Of a stretch of 64,000 nucleotides of DNA, positions 13,101 through 24,895 are shown piece by piece; positions within the stretch are counted from its first letter, which is position 1, and every line of letters starts with the position of its first letter. Below the pieces are notes generated by a model. It was not told the DNA's origin. It worked only from the letters and a program-made list of their open reading frames with translations, and ran no database searches. A program made the translations under genes and the position numbers. Source of the DNA: Lobosporangium transversale (lineage: Eukaryota); contig NW_019028997.1 in NCBI RefSeq assembly GCF_002105155.1, positions 1 through 64,000 of the forward strand, in the 5' to 3' direction.

Positions 13101-16100
13101 CTTGGGGTGCAGTCGCTTTCGGAACCGTTCCACGAAAGCTCAAAATATGGCGGTCCGCAACTTGAGATCCCAGATTGGATTTCGTCCTTCATCCCAAAGA
13201 ACTCAAAGTTGCTTCAGAACAGTAGTCTATTGTACAAGCGAGAGTTTCCCATCTCAGACTCGATAAAGCTATTTCTGGCGATTATTGCTTTTGATCCTGG
13301 CTCTGTTCGGTCCGAGCAGTTTGTTCGGATCCTTGGTGATATTCTACCATACTTCCTTGAAAGGAAACCTCAATTAATGACTGGCGGGCTTGATAGTCTA
13401 GTTGAAGTGTTTGCAAAGTTTTCAAGATCTTCCAGGCCTCTTATCCCATCAGGAATTATCCTACCGACTGTTGCTCCAAGGCAAAGTCAAGATTTAGGTG
13501 ATGCCAAGTGCGGCTTGAGCAGATTTTCTCTTTCCCCCAGTCCATCGTCAAAAACCCAGGCTATCAAGGGCAAGACCTGGGCACAAAACGACCGAGTTGC
13601 AATCAAGCATGAGTTTGTGTGTCTCATCCAGATATTCTGTGATAAAGGTGGGCAACTTGCAGATAATCAGCATCAGCAAATGGCTGCCATCATCCGCTCG
13701 ATCATCAAGGATTATATTACTCTCAAAATCCCCTGCACCACAGAGTGGATTAAGGATTATATTAAGAGCGTGATCATACCAGTCCAAGATCTTCAGCAGA
13801 GTTGTCGCGCGGTGCTGTATTTGATAGTTCAGTTTTCAAACGCTCTTAGGACGCATTACAAATCAGTTGACTTTTCCGGGCTTCTAGAGGGTCTGTTGCT
13901 TATTGCAGAGAATGAGAGACCGTATCTCCGAGCATCCCCTGAGTTGGCTTTTCTACTCCGTGAACGTGTGATTAACATTGGACTAGCCCTGGCAGCCAGA
14001 AGTGAATGGGTGGTGGACTCTGTGCATATCTCGCAGGCGAAGTTCTGCAATGGCCTCGTAGATCTTATCTTAGCCATGATCAATCATGCGGATACCGATA
14101 CGATTTCTGAATTGGAACATATAGTGCCAACACCCCGATTAATGGCCTATATCATTGTCCCGATGTGTTTGCGCTTTAAGACGAGATCCCATTCTAATAA
14201 TTTAGACATCCTGGAAATGCAGTTTTGGCTAAGGATGCTTGGTCTAACTGTAAAAGCCGCTGAGTATGATCCGACACTAAGAAGGTCATCGCGGACAGCG
14301 GGATTGCTTGCTCCAGTCTTCAACGTTGCGCGCGCCAACAGGAAATTAACATCTTTTGAGGCTGCTGGAGTTTTATCACCACAAAAGCAGTCTCCACAGC
14401 CATTCATGCCTATGTCGGCATTCCCTGTGCCCAAACCACAGACACCCTGCCAGTCAAAAATGGGCTCTGTGCCCCACAAGGAAGACACCATAGAGGATGA
14501 CCATTCATTGACACAGCAACCGCAGCAGCAACGGCCTGACCCGTTAATAAATGCATCTCCAGGTCTAATAATCGATTTCATCGCCCTGAGGATTATCATG
14601 GTTCGGGGTGAACGATATTTGACATATCACCCCGGCTGCTGGATAGACATCTTTAATTTCGTCAAGAAGTACTTTTCGACTAGCGTACTCAGTTCAAGCT
14701 CATTTTCTGGAGAGGTACGGATGGTCAAGCATGCTCGCCAAAGTACTTTTAGCGGATCTATCCCTTCCTCTCCTAAGCCTTTGACCTCATTTCCTGCGAG
14801 TCCGCGAGTAGACGCGCCACGAACATCTGATTTTAGACTAGGGGGCCACTCTCCGCTCACAGGAGGACTCTTTCGCTCTACAAGTGAGATAACTCCATGG
14901 CCAGAAGCAAATCCTAAAGAAAACATACCGACCACAGCCCTCGGCTTCATGCTATGGTCCTTTGCAGAGACTATTGTATTTAACCAGCTCCCTCTATTGA
15001 TCATGATGCGACCCTTCCTGCTGGATCAACTTCGCCTTCAGGATCATTCACCGCAATCTCAGTTCTCCTCCTATCCTAGTCGATCTGCCAATAGCTCTGG
15101 TCCGAACTCTCCTGCATTTTATTGGCCATCTCCAGTCGCACTTCCCTCTGGCCAACAGTCTGTTGTGGGGCCCAGTTCCTCCTCAAAGACGTCTCCTCTC
15201 CATACGAGGAACGATAATAAGATAGATGAGACACCAAATCCTCAAGATCTTGCAGCTATCAGATATCAGCAGAAATTAGACCGCCGAAAGCAATGGAGGA
15301 GTTGGAGTAAGCCAAATCAGTCAATGAATGCGCTAACAGTGCTTGAGAAGCCAAACCAGGGTATGAAGGGGCCAATATCGCCTCACATTTATCCAATCGA
15401 TCATCAGCGACAAAGAGGCTCTATATCGATACCAGAAACTAGCTCTGGAGATGGACAGAACTCTACACTTGCCCCACGGATTGCCATCCATCATGCTCGC
15501 AGTCCTAGGCATTATCGCACAGAGCCTGAGAACCAAAAATCGGAGCAAACTCTTCCTAAGGTGTTGACTGAGCGTGCAAAAAAGTCTATGGAGAATGTTC
15601 GGGCAATGTTGGCAAAAACTACGGGTAGGGCGACTTCAATATCAGAGTTTGGCATTCCGATGTACCCAGGAAAGCGACCAATAGCAACGCCTACATCTGG
15701 TCTCTCGCCATCAATGGCTCGTAGTGATCGACGGGAGCCATTTCAATTTCCAACTTTAGACCCTAATCATAGCCATAATGATTCTCACTTTTTGCTTCCT
15801 GGCAAGTATGAAAGACAGCCATCTAGCCCCGGATTCGGATCTATGTTCTTAGCTCGAGAAGCAGCCCTCAAGGCGCCTCAATCTGGATCCTCATCACTGC
15901 ACCTAGCAAATTTTCCTGTCCAGGGGAAATTCTCTCCACAGGTGTCTATGACACTTGCTGTGCCGGGCCTTTCTACATCTGACATGGGGAGCAAACCCAA
16001 GCTGACAGGCACCTCAAACGATGCAAATGTAGAAACCCCAATCAAAAAGAGCTCCTCTCATGCCAGCAATGAAGACGAATCCCAAGATTTCAGTTTTGTC

Positions 16101-17570
16101 CTGAGTACTCCAAATGAGTTAGCGCCAGTAGTCAATCCGAGGGAAGCTTCAGGAAGTGCTGATAGAGTGACACCTTTGTTGCCAGTGATATCAAACACAT
16201 CCAGTTTATCTGCCCCGCTTCCACCGAAGAAGGACCGTGGCATCCTGAAGCCAAGCGTCATTACAGCACCATCCACAACTGCCACTTCACCTTTACCACA
16301 GACTCAGGCATCTGTTCCTCTACAAGCAATATCCCCTGGCCCGCAAGATCATCGAAGAGGGCCTTTGACTGCCAATTTACATTCACACTCACGCTCCCGA
16401 TCTTTTTCTTTTAGCCCCATTCAACGTCTAGATAGTCGGACGACAGATGACGGTATGAGCATTACCAAAGGAGAATACAACCCAGTAGATAAGAATAATG
16501 GCACTTCATCCGACGAACAGGAAGACTGTAGGATGGCAGCTCATCATTCTAGGTCCAAGGTGTTTACGCAGAATATTGAAGAAGAAATTCGTATTGTTCT
16601 GGCTTGCTTTCCTTCCATGTTCTCAGTTGGGTCTGCACTCCCATCTTCGCAGCAACAGCCATCATTGCAGCAGTCGCAAATGTCTTCTATTCCAGCAGGA
16701 GGAGGGACGCCTGGGGATAACTCCTCCACTCTAGAAGAAAAAACTAGCCTCCAAAAAATTGGATCTTTGTCCGAATCAGATACAATGCATGTGCGAAGGA
16801 CAAGCGATGGTATTGATACTGGTACCGACATTGGTATGGGCGTTGGTGTAGGGACCAACACTACCAAAGCTGGGACCAAGCCATCCCTCGTACAGCAGAA
16901 TCATCAAGCAAGGCTCAGCATCCCAAATTTGGCTGTACTGCCACGTAGAACACCTTCCATTACAATCCAGGATCAACTTTATCTTGCACCGTCTCCAGTC
17001 AATCCTCCTCCTTCTGGTCTGGGAGGAGGCGATCTTTTATTTCACTCATGCGTCGCTTCCGAACAAGCAGTTTCCATGAATGAGTCTGAAAAAGCGCAGC
17101 TATATGGACTGAAACCTTTAATCCCAGGCTTGGCAAGCATGGCTACTGCTAAGGAAAGACGGTCCAAGAGTGTGATCTTTCAGCAAGCACTGTCTGTTGA
17201 GAAGCTAGGAGCACTTGATGACAGCAGAAACACAGGTATCGGAGAAGCTGCAATTGCGGGTGGTAGTGGAGCCAGTTGTGCAGAAGAGTTACTTATTTCA
17301 TCATTTGCGCCATCATCACCGCCTTTGTCAACTAATTCAGCGCTTCAGCCTTCGAGCATTGCACAATCTTTGCAGACACCGTCCCACAGCGCATCTCAGG
17401 GGGTTCCTATTATCAGTGTCAGCTCGACACAGCCTCTAGAGTCACAGGAAAAGACAATGATCGAAGGTGATGATAACGAGTCAGAGGAAAGAGTTACAGA
17501 GGTGAGATTGGGAGAAGAGAGCGAGAGAATAGAGATACAAGACAGCTCTAAACATTTGAAGCTTCTTTGA
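7140..17570 (+). CDS. UNC80-like large helical-repeat protein (about 10 exons, roughly 3,000 aa)
   Basis: ORFs at 7140, 8682, 9046, 9767, 9994, 11023 and 11475 are separated by GT-AG introns; the first junction (8206-8351) was checked in frame. The last exon has blocks resembling UNC80: LLDD..EPVLFVRWLF, LPPGFAFAIFNHILGIMKWY, RRFFASKNGYKLFFPALFKIY, RFYQLHQEAFVLQ and IIAFDPGSVRSEQF. Both termini are low-complexity. Confidence 0.7.
7335..7400 (+). repeat. Coding hexamer microsatellite (ACACCT)n encoding a Thr-Pro repeat
   Basis: ACACCT is repeated about 10 times with one ACACTT variant; the ORF reads TPTPTLTPTPTPTPTPTPTPTP. Confidence 0.9.
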
Positions 17571-18229
17571 GATGGCCAAACAGATTCTATAGATAATATT
17601 ACATCCTAACCTTCTCCCCATACATACCCATTTATTACATTTGCGTCTCATCATTCGCAAACCGCCACTTAATATTCCACACAATAAAGAAGCATCATAT
17701 TAATACATCAATCCTTGAGCCTTCTTTTCTTAAACCGTCGTCGCCTTCTTTTAGTGGTTTCATCAATGCAAAGAGAGGCGTTGGGTAAAGTAGAATGGAG
17801 GGCTGATGGAAAAGAGAGAACAGTATCTCCTTTACATTGTCCATGACTTGGATTTTCTTGTTGGTAGTCCTCTCCCGCTGAAAGCGGTATCCTTGCACGC
17901 GCTAATTATTTTAGGCAGCTTAAGTGACAGGAAGTCAAGAGATATCCTTCCAATGGGTAGACAAAAGATTTGACCTAATAAAGAACAATGTATTTTTTTA
18001 TTGCAATCTCGTAATCTTGTCCTGCACCTTTCTTTTTCGAAAGCAAAGACAAACACAAATATGGGTGACCGTGGGTGGGACAGGAAAGGGACACTGGTAC
18101 GGATAATGGGCGTAAGACTTTATTTGTCGCCTTCGCTGTCTATTATCCTTCATCGTCCAGCGACCCTTTCCTGTGACTGCAAAGATCAGCTAAGAGTGGT
18201 TGTTGTAAAATTGTTCTTGGTTCTACTTG

Positions 18230-19500
18230 ACAATCAGTAGAAATTCTTGTAAACCTCTTGTGTGGCCCATCTGCCTTGCATGACAATCTTGTCCAGGCCG
18301 GAACCTTTGAGGCCTGCCAACATGGAACCAGCGGCATGCGCCTTAGGAATGCAAGTTTGTGGAGGTAAGGATGCAAGAGGCATGACTCTCTTGATGTGGC
18401 TACTTATTCACTCAGCATCCGTAGGTACATAATAGTAGGTCGAGTGTTTGGATTGAAAGGAGAGAGGATATTCCTTGGTGGGCTCCTTGCCTTGTCTGTT
18501 TCGGTCTTACAACGTAGGCGTGTATCCTTTGTCTAGTTCCTTTGCAGCGCGAGGCCGATACATTCGATATCGCTAGGTCGAACAAATAAACACATGCCTA
18601 ATACCTAACTTTTTGGTCAAGTCCATAGGTGAAATGGTGCTGTTGTCACCTAGAGCTCGGAAGTGGTCGAGAGCCGGCGCAATGTTGATCTCTATATCTT
18701 TGGCAGGACAAACTTGATAGGCCTTAAGGACCTTGAAAAACTTATAGAATACATGGTCGTCTTCGAGTACTTTTGAACCTGGGTATTGACCTTTGAGATG
18801 TGCTCGATACAATAAGATCGTCTGGGGCGACAATCCTTTAGCCCGTTTGCCCCAGGCAGAATAGTTGGTGATCGCTGTTGGATTGGCCTTAGCGGGTTAA
18901 CGTACCAACTGGTGAATCCTTTCTGGATATCGTTATATCTTCGGCTCTTTATAGTCTCTGAGGCCGAGTCGAGTACTGCTTTCACGGCGTTATCGTTGAG
19001 ACCTTGCTCCAAGAGGCCTTGGCGCCGTCGATATTCTTGGCCAGCAAGCACCATGCTAGGCTCTTGTTCAGGGCCCTTGGGTCCCGTGGCAGGGATGAGC
19101 CCACTTCTGCTCGTGTTAGAGCGAGTGGCATGGTGTGCCCACCGCTCGGATAGTCCGATACTATATCGCTCCTGTCCAATTGAGCGTGATCACTGTGGCC
19201 TTGAGACGCTCTTTCTTTAGACGGTCCAGGATTTGGGAAATCAAATTCCATGATGGGCATATATATAGTGTGCCCAGACTCTTCCATGGTTGCAGTAACA
19301 CGTTCTGCGCTAGAACAGACGGATCGTACTTCCACGACATGTATATCGGAAGCTGAGTATCCTTGTGGGAGGCAAATGAGTCGATCTTGTGCAGTCTCCA
19401 TACTTTGTATATGACTTGAAAGCATTTGGGGTTGAGGCTCCATTCCAATTAATTGTTTGATTACTGGCTGCGGATCCGCCGGGTTGATTTTTTTACTCAT
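18230..19500 (-). mobile_element. Decayed DIRS1-like tyrosine-recombinase retrotransposon fragment (MT-like domain plus YR)
   Basis: 19448-19161 encodes EWSLNP..F..I..W..IDSFAS..QLP.Y.SW..DP..W..Y.CPSWNLI..IL, the DIRS methyltransferase-like domain. An overlapping frame is open at 19500-18982. YR pieces follow: GLNDNAV..RYNDIQKGFTSW, NIAPALDHFRALGDN..DLTKKL and PKAHAAGSMLAGLKGSGLDKIVMQGRW. Stops and frameshifts interrupt these pieces. No RT or termini were seen. Confidence 0.8.
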
Positions 19501-19984
19501 CAGAGATCCTTTACTGCTTAATAATTTTTTTTTCTTTCTTTCTCATTTTAGTCAAGGCAAGGCTTTACAGAAGTAAAAATGCCATGTATGCATGCGACTC
19601 TTAACCCAATGTACTTTAAAATGCAACTTAAATTGGCGACGAGAGATCATTGATACTAAATAACAATTTGTTATAGATTTCTTTGGAAGACTTTAAGTTA
19701 GGTCAGTGATACGCTTTCTCGGGGTAGCGCTCTACCTAACCTACGATCCTATGCTACCTTGTCTTTTCCTCCTTCTTCTTCCATAATAGAGGCTGACAAT
19801 CAATGCTAGAGCATTGCAGCAGCACTCTGACATGCTCAGTAGCCCTGGCCTTTGCCTTGCAAGATACATCAATTATATATATCTTGTCGTTTAACAAAAT
19901 AGGAATGGATAAAATTAGAGATGCAATGTTTATTAATGACAAATGCAATGTGCGGTTCAATTCGAAGTATATATAAAAAAAATT

Positions 19985-20489
19985 CTAAAGAAGTCCAACC
20001 AGCCTCTGAATCTCACTGAGATTAGCTTGAGCAATTTCAGAAGCCCGTTCGGCTCCTTGGTCAAGCACAGACTGGATATACCCATCATCTTTTTCTAAAA
20101 GAGCTATTTCCTCCTGAATAGGCTTGAGAGAAGAGATGATCACATCTGCAAGGGCTTCTTTGAAAACAGCCGTGGTGGACTCTGCATGCTCCTGAACAAC
20201 ATCTTCAATACTAATATGTTTCATAGTAGCATAGATCTCGATCAGATTGGCAACTGCAGGCCGTCTGAGTCGGTCGTAGGAGATACCACGGGTCGAATCC
20301 GTGACAGCACGCTTGATTTTTGAAGAAATTTCAGCTGGTGAATCAACCAGGTGAATACGACTCTGGCTGGATGAATCTGATTTGGACATTTTCTTTGTGG
20401 GGTCTCGTAAAGACATGATTCTTTTAGTCTCGGCTAATCAATTGTTATAGAGTCCCCAAGGGGGAGATATTAGATCTAAGTGAGAGCTT

Positions 20490-20523
<34 letters not shown>

Positions 20524-20709
20524 CATACTGATTACTGGTCTTGGAAGGGGGAAAAAATCGTTCTTCACATTCTTATTGAAGATTTGAGCAATATCGCGGG
20601 CAAGCTCCAGATGCTGGACTTGATCTTCTCCCACTGGGATTTTGTCGGCTCTAAATCCCAAAAAAAAAAAAAAAAAAAAAAAAAAGATATTTATAAAGGA
20701 ACTAGAAGG

Positions 20710-20741
<32 letters not shown>

Positions 20742-21711
20742 TACCTGTAGAGTAAAACGTCGGCTGCCATGAGGACTGGATATGCAAAGAGTCCGAGCTG
20801 TAATCCCTCTGTAGCACTGACATCTTCCAAACTTTGTGAACCTCTGTGGATTCCAAGTTTTGACTGAAAATATTGTGTTAATTGATGATGGTGTTATGAT
20901 CGAAGGTATGAGGTAATTTAATTAGAATTAGATGGAGCTTTGTCTTGATTTCATCAACACCGTATGATTTGGGATAATGATAATAATAAAAAGCCTTTAT
21001 TTACCTTCCACTGTGTCATTCGCGCGAGCCAACCGACAGGAGTCATGCAATTTAAGATCCATGTTAAAGCTGTGTGTGCTGGAACCTATTGCTCATGATA
21101 GTAGTAATGATAATAATAATTAATTGGGGGTTCGAAAAAAAAAAAATAAAATAAAATAAAAAAAAACTACCTTGGATTGCTCAAATAGGATGCATTTCTT
21201 AGGGTCGATACCACAGGCCAACAATGTGATAGCCATTTCTCTTCGCTCCTTTCTAAGTTTCTTTGGATCCTGAGGCATGGTGAGAGCATGAAGATCCACG
21301 ACACTGAAGAGTAAGGTTTCGTTCGCATGATGTGCTTGTTCCTGAAGTTTGACCCAATTTGAAATCGCGCCGAGATAATTGCCCAAGTGAGGCTGACCTG
21401 TAGGTTGAATACCACTAAAAATGATAGACTTGTTTTTCTTTCCCTTGCTTTCCTTATTCTCCTTGTTATTGAAACTTCGGTGCTTGGCTTCGGTAGTCGT
21501 AGTCAAATAACGAGCATTTCGGAACTAAAAAAGTATGGAAGTTTTTGTATTTATGAAAATGAAATTTTATTTTTGAAACGTCTCAATAATCTTAAGTTCT
21601 GACAAACTTCAGATTCAAAAAAAGCAGTGGACAAACCATGCACAGATCAATGCTCCTGATCTTCTTGAGGGTTTGCCTTGCTGCAGACAGCGATCGCAAT
21701 GTAAGTGCCAT
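19985..21711 (-). CDS. MSW1: Mitochondrial (bacterial-type) tryptophanyl-tRNA synthetase
   Basis: Motifs [16 protein letters not shown] (HIGH), [24 protein letters not shown] and KKMSKSD. Exon 1 (21711-21637) encodes an Arg/Ser-rich presequence-like peptide, [20 protein letters not shown]. Confidence 0.92.
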
Positions 21712-21876
21712 TTTGATAAGCTGTTTGACAGAAAAGGAGGGTTGGTTCAAGAGTCGGAATTGTTATAAGAATATGGTAAAACACGTGATTATATCTACTA
21801 TTGAACATTATTCATGTAACAAAAATATTGATTATACATCTGTGTTATTGCAGTCAACCATCCCATCATTTCGGCA

Positions 21877-22749
21877 ATGTCAACACTGACCTCTCAGACT
21901 ATAATGAGTGATGGACAGGAGGCAGAACAAAGATTTCAACCCTCAGATTTTTCATTCTTATCACAGGTGCTCACTATCTTGCAGAAGATCGAGGCCGGAG
22001 AAGATGCTCAAGAGATTGGAAGACTCTCATCCAATTTGAAGACCAGTTTTAAAAAATGTCAAAATATTCTAGACCATCTTCCAGGTGCAGACTTGTCTCC
22101 GGACGAGCAAGAGAAGATCCTGGCAGAGGAAATGAAAATCTTGGAGAGGAAGAAGTAAGGATGAGTATTGACAAAAAAAAAAAGACTTTTGCTCTCTGTC
22201 CTCTCTTTAGAATTGTCGTGATAAAACTTGGCTTGAAAGCTTTGTAGCCGTGGGCTACTAATTGATGTCATTTGTTTTCATGTTCGAATACACACGTCTA
22301 CCAATTACATGCACAGAGCTCAGCTAAAGACATATCTATCATGGCAAGTATTCCAGCATGATAATCCCATTGAATCAACGTTGATAAAACAAGATCTTAG
22401 CGATCATAATGATATCCATCTATCCGAGCCAACCTCAACATCATTATCATCATCAACAGTAACAGCGGCAGCAGTAGCAACAACATCAGCAGAAGCAACA
22501 CCTATATCTGTGAACAGCGTTGAAGGAATGATGAAACTTGATGCAATGGACGATCGATCAGAAGGTGAACATATTAAGCATGAGTCTCAAGAACCAGTTA
22601 TGCCTTCCTTGGGCACAGACACTTCGTTCATGTCTGATTTAGAGTCAAGTCAAGGAAGCTATGCGCAACCACCTTTACGACGTGAAACTGGGCTCACATT
22701 CGCTCTTTCTGATATCAAGATGGAAGATTCCCAAGATTTCAACTTGTAG
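21877..22749 (+). CDS. MED9: Mediator subunit 9-like protein with an acidic, disordered C-terminal tail
   Basis: FSFLSQVLTIL..LKTSFKKCQNILDHLPGADLSPDEQEKIL..ERK/RAQLKTY matches the Med9 LPG.D.S.EEQ pattern. One intron lies at ~22154-22315. Confidence 0.7.
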
Positions 22750-23677
22750 AAGAAAAAAATAAAATAGGTCACTACAGTATTTATTGTAGACTTTGAACAG
22801 TGAGATAAATATACTTGAAAGGTAAACAAACGTTTAAAAAAGTAAACGTATCTATCAGTGGATTGATATTAAGGATTTTTACGCGAGGTTGCTATGTCTT
22901 ATTCGCTTATTTTCTTTTGCGCCACGATGATTATAATTATAGTTATTACTTTTGTCCTCTTCCTCTACTGCCACTCTCATCTCGCAAGCAAGCAACAGGT
23001 TAGATCCCAGAACTCTCATAAGCAATCTCGTCTCATACTCGATGATGATGAAGAACTAGTACTCAGAATCATACATGCAATAATTGGAGACGAAGGACTT
23101 TTTTTACAGAAAAGTGGAGCAAGGGCACAGATTGGATGGGACTGAGTTGTTTAGTAGTTGGAAGGCTATGATAAGGACAATCAGAAGGTCGCCTCTTCAT
23201 TAATATATAAAAGCGATCTTGTGAATGTTAGTGAAGTTGACATCTTTTGTGTGTACCGCAAGGTTGTCACAAAGCTGTCCATTTCAAGCTACTTTAAATG
23301 TAAAATATTTTAAGATGGAAAAATACAGCATTGGTAGTAAGGGCTTATCTGTTCACCTCTTAATAAAGTCAAAAGACTGAATGAATCTCTGGTGATAAAC
23401 GTCAATGACAGAGGCCTACTCGACCATAGAATCCTTCAAGTATTTTTGAAAGACAGGACCTTTTTTGGAAGTCTTGGTGTGCTACCACATTTTACCTCCT
23501 TTAGAGGGGGCTCTGTAACTGGAGGAAATGGACAAGGAGTATTGAATTTCTGAGGAGTAAAAGTAGACAATGACTTTTTTGCCATAACCGAATTTCTTGG
23601 GACCGTCGTAGATTTTGGAACTAATACATCAATGCTGATAAGACCTGTTAGTAAGTAGATAAGCTGGTTGATTCATC

Positions 23678-23708
<31 letters not shown>

Positions 23709-23973
23709 GGGAAGAAAGAAGTGAAGGTAGAAGAGAGTAATCTATCATTTTTAGGCAAGGGCAAAAAAACAATAAAAATAAAAAAAGCTTCGCCAACCAA
23801 GACATGTGCGTGAGAGACGCGTCTTTTGTTGTGAGACAAACACAAAGTCAAGCCACTTTAATTTACTTAATGTGGAAGCCGCGAGAGAGTAATAAAAAAA
23901 AGTTTCAGGTACACTATTTTTTTTTGTCCCTCTCTTCTTCAATTACTCTTCTCAGCAAGGAACTAGAATCTTC

Positions 23974-24858
23974 ATGGTAAAGCATTCATGTCTATAACAA
24001 AAATAAAAAATAGATCTCGTGGATAAGTTTTTTAATTTTTTTTTTTCTTTAATAGGCTGATCGCAAGCGCCAGCGAGATGACAATGATGTCACTACGCCT
24101 TCGAGGAATCCAGCGAGTTCACCCATCCTCGGCTCATCGCCTCCATTACCTTCCTCTGACTTGGAGGACAACGGCGTACTTGAAGACGAGATGATTTCTG
24201 ACCTCGAGAATGAGGACCTGGAGGGAGAAGGAGAAGACCTTTTTGGGTCTGACATGGAAAAGTAAGGCGATACAACAATACCGGAGCAATCGACATGACC
24301 AGATGTAAAAATAAAAAATAAAAAATAAAAAATAAAAAAGAGGAGAAGGATGGGAATGTTTAAGTTCGTTAACATACTCTTTTTATTTATCATCTTATAC
24401 TTGTTGCTGTATAGTGATTATGTTCAGAATGTGAAGCTCGATGCGTACGATCCTAATGACATTGACGATGAAGAATTTGAGCACATGGACCCTAGACAGC
24501 GTGCGGAAGTAGAGGCGCTTTTGGCGAGACGAGATGCCGAGCGTGCTAGAGCCCTCGGAAGGATCCCTGAGGCATTTTTGGATGGTATGATCTTGGATTG
24601 CATGACGTTTTTCGGATTAAGCTTAACCTTTTGAAGATGCTGGCTCAAGCTACTGTGGTTAACACTTTTCCTTCTTCCTCATAACAATTATAGATGATAC
24701 GGATCTATTGAACGTCACCCACCGTAGGAGGCGCGTTTATGAGCAAGATTTAATGGAAGATGATTTGGATGATATGGTGCGTATAAGGGATTAGAGGTCT
24801 TTGATTGGAGCACGCCATGTCGTCAAAATTTAGCGGCAACCACTAACCTTTTGACTCT

Positions 24859-24895
<37 letters not shown>

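Noticed and set aside
11606..16976. Antisense and alternate-frame ORFs inside the UNC80-like last exon, and similar ones in MCM2, the formin and the coiled-coil gene
   Set aside because: These are shadow ORFs of long coding exons with no independent motifs.
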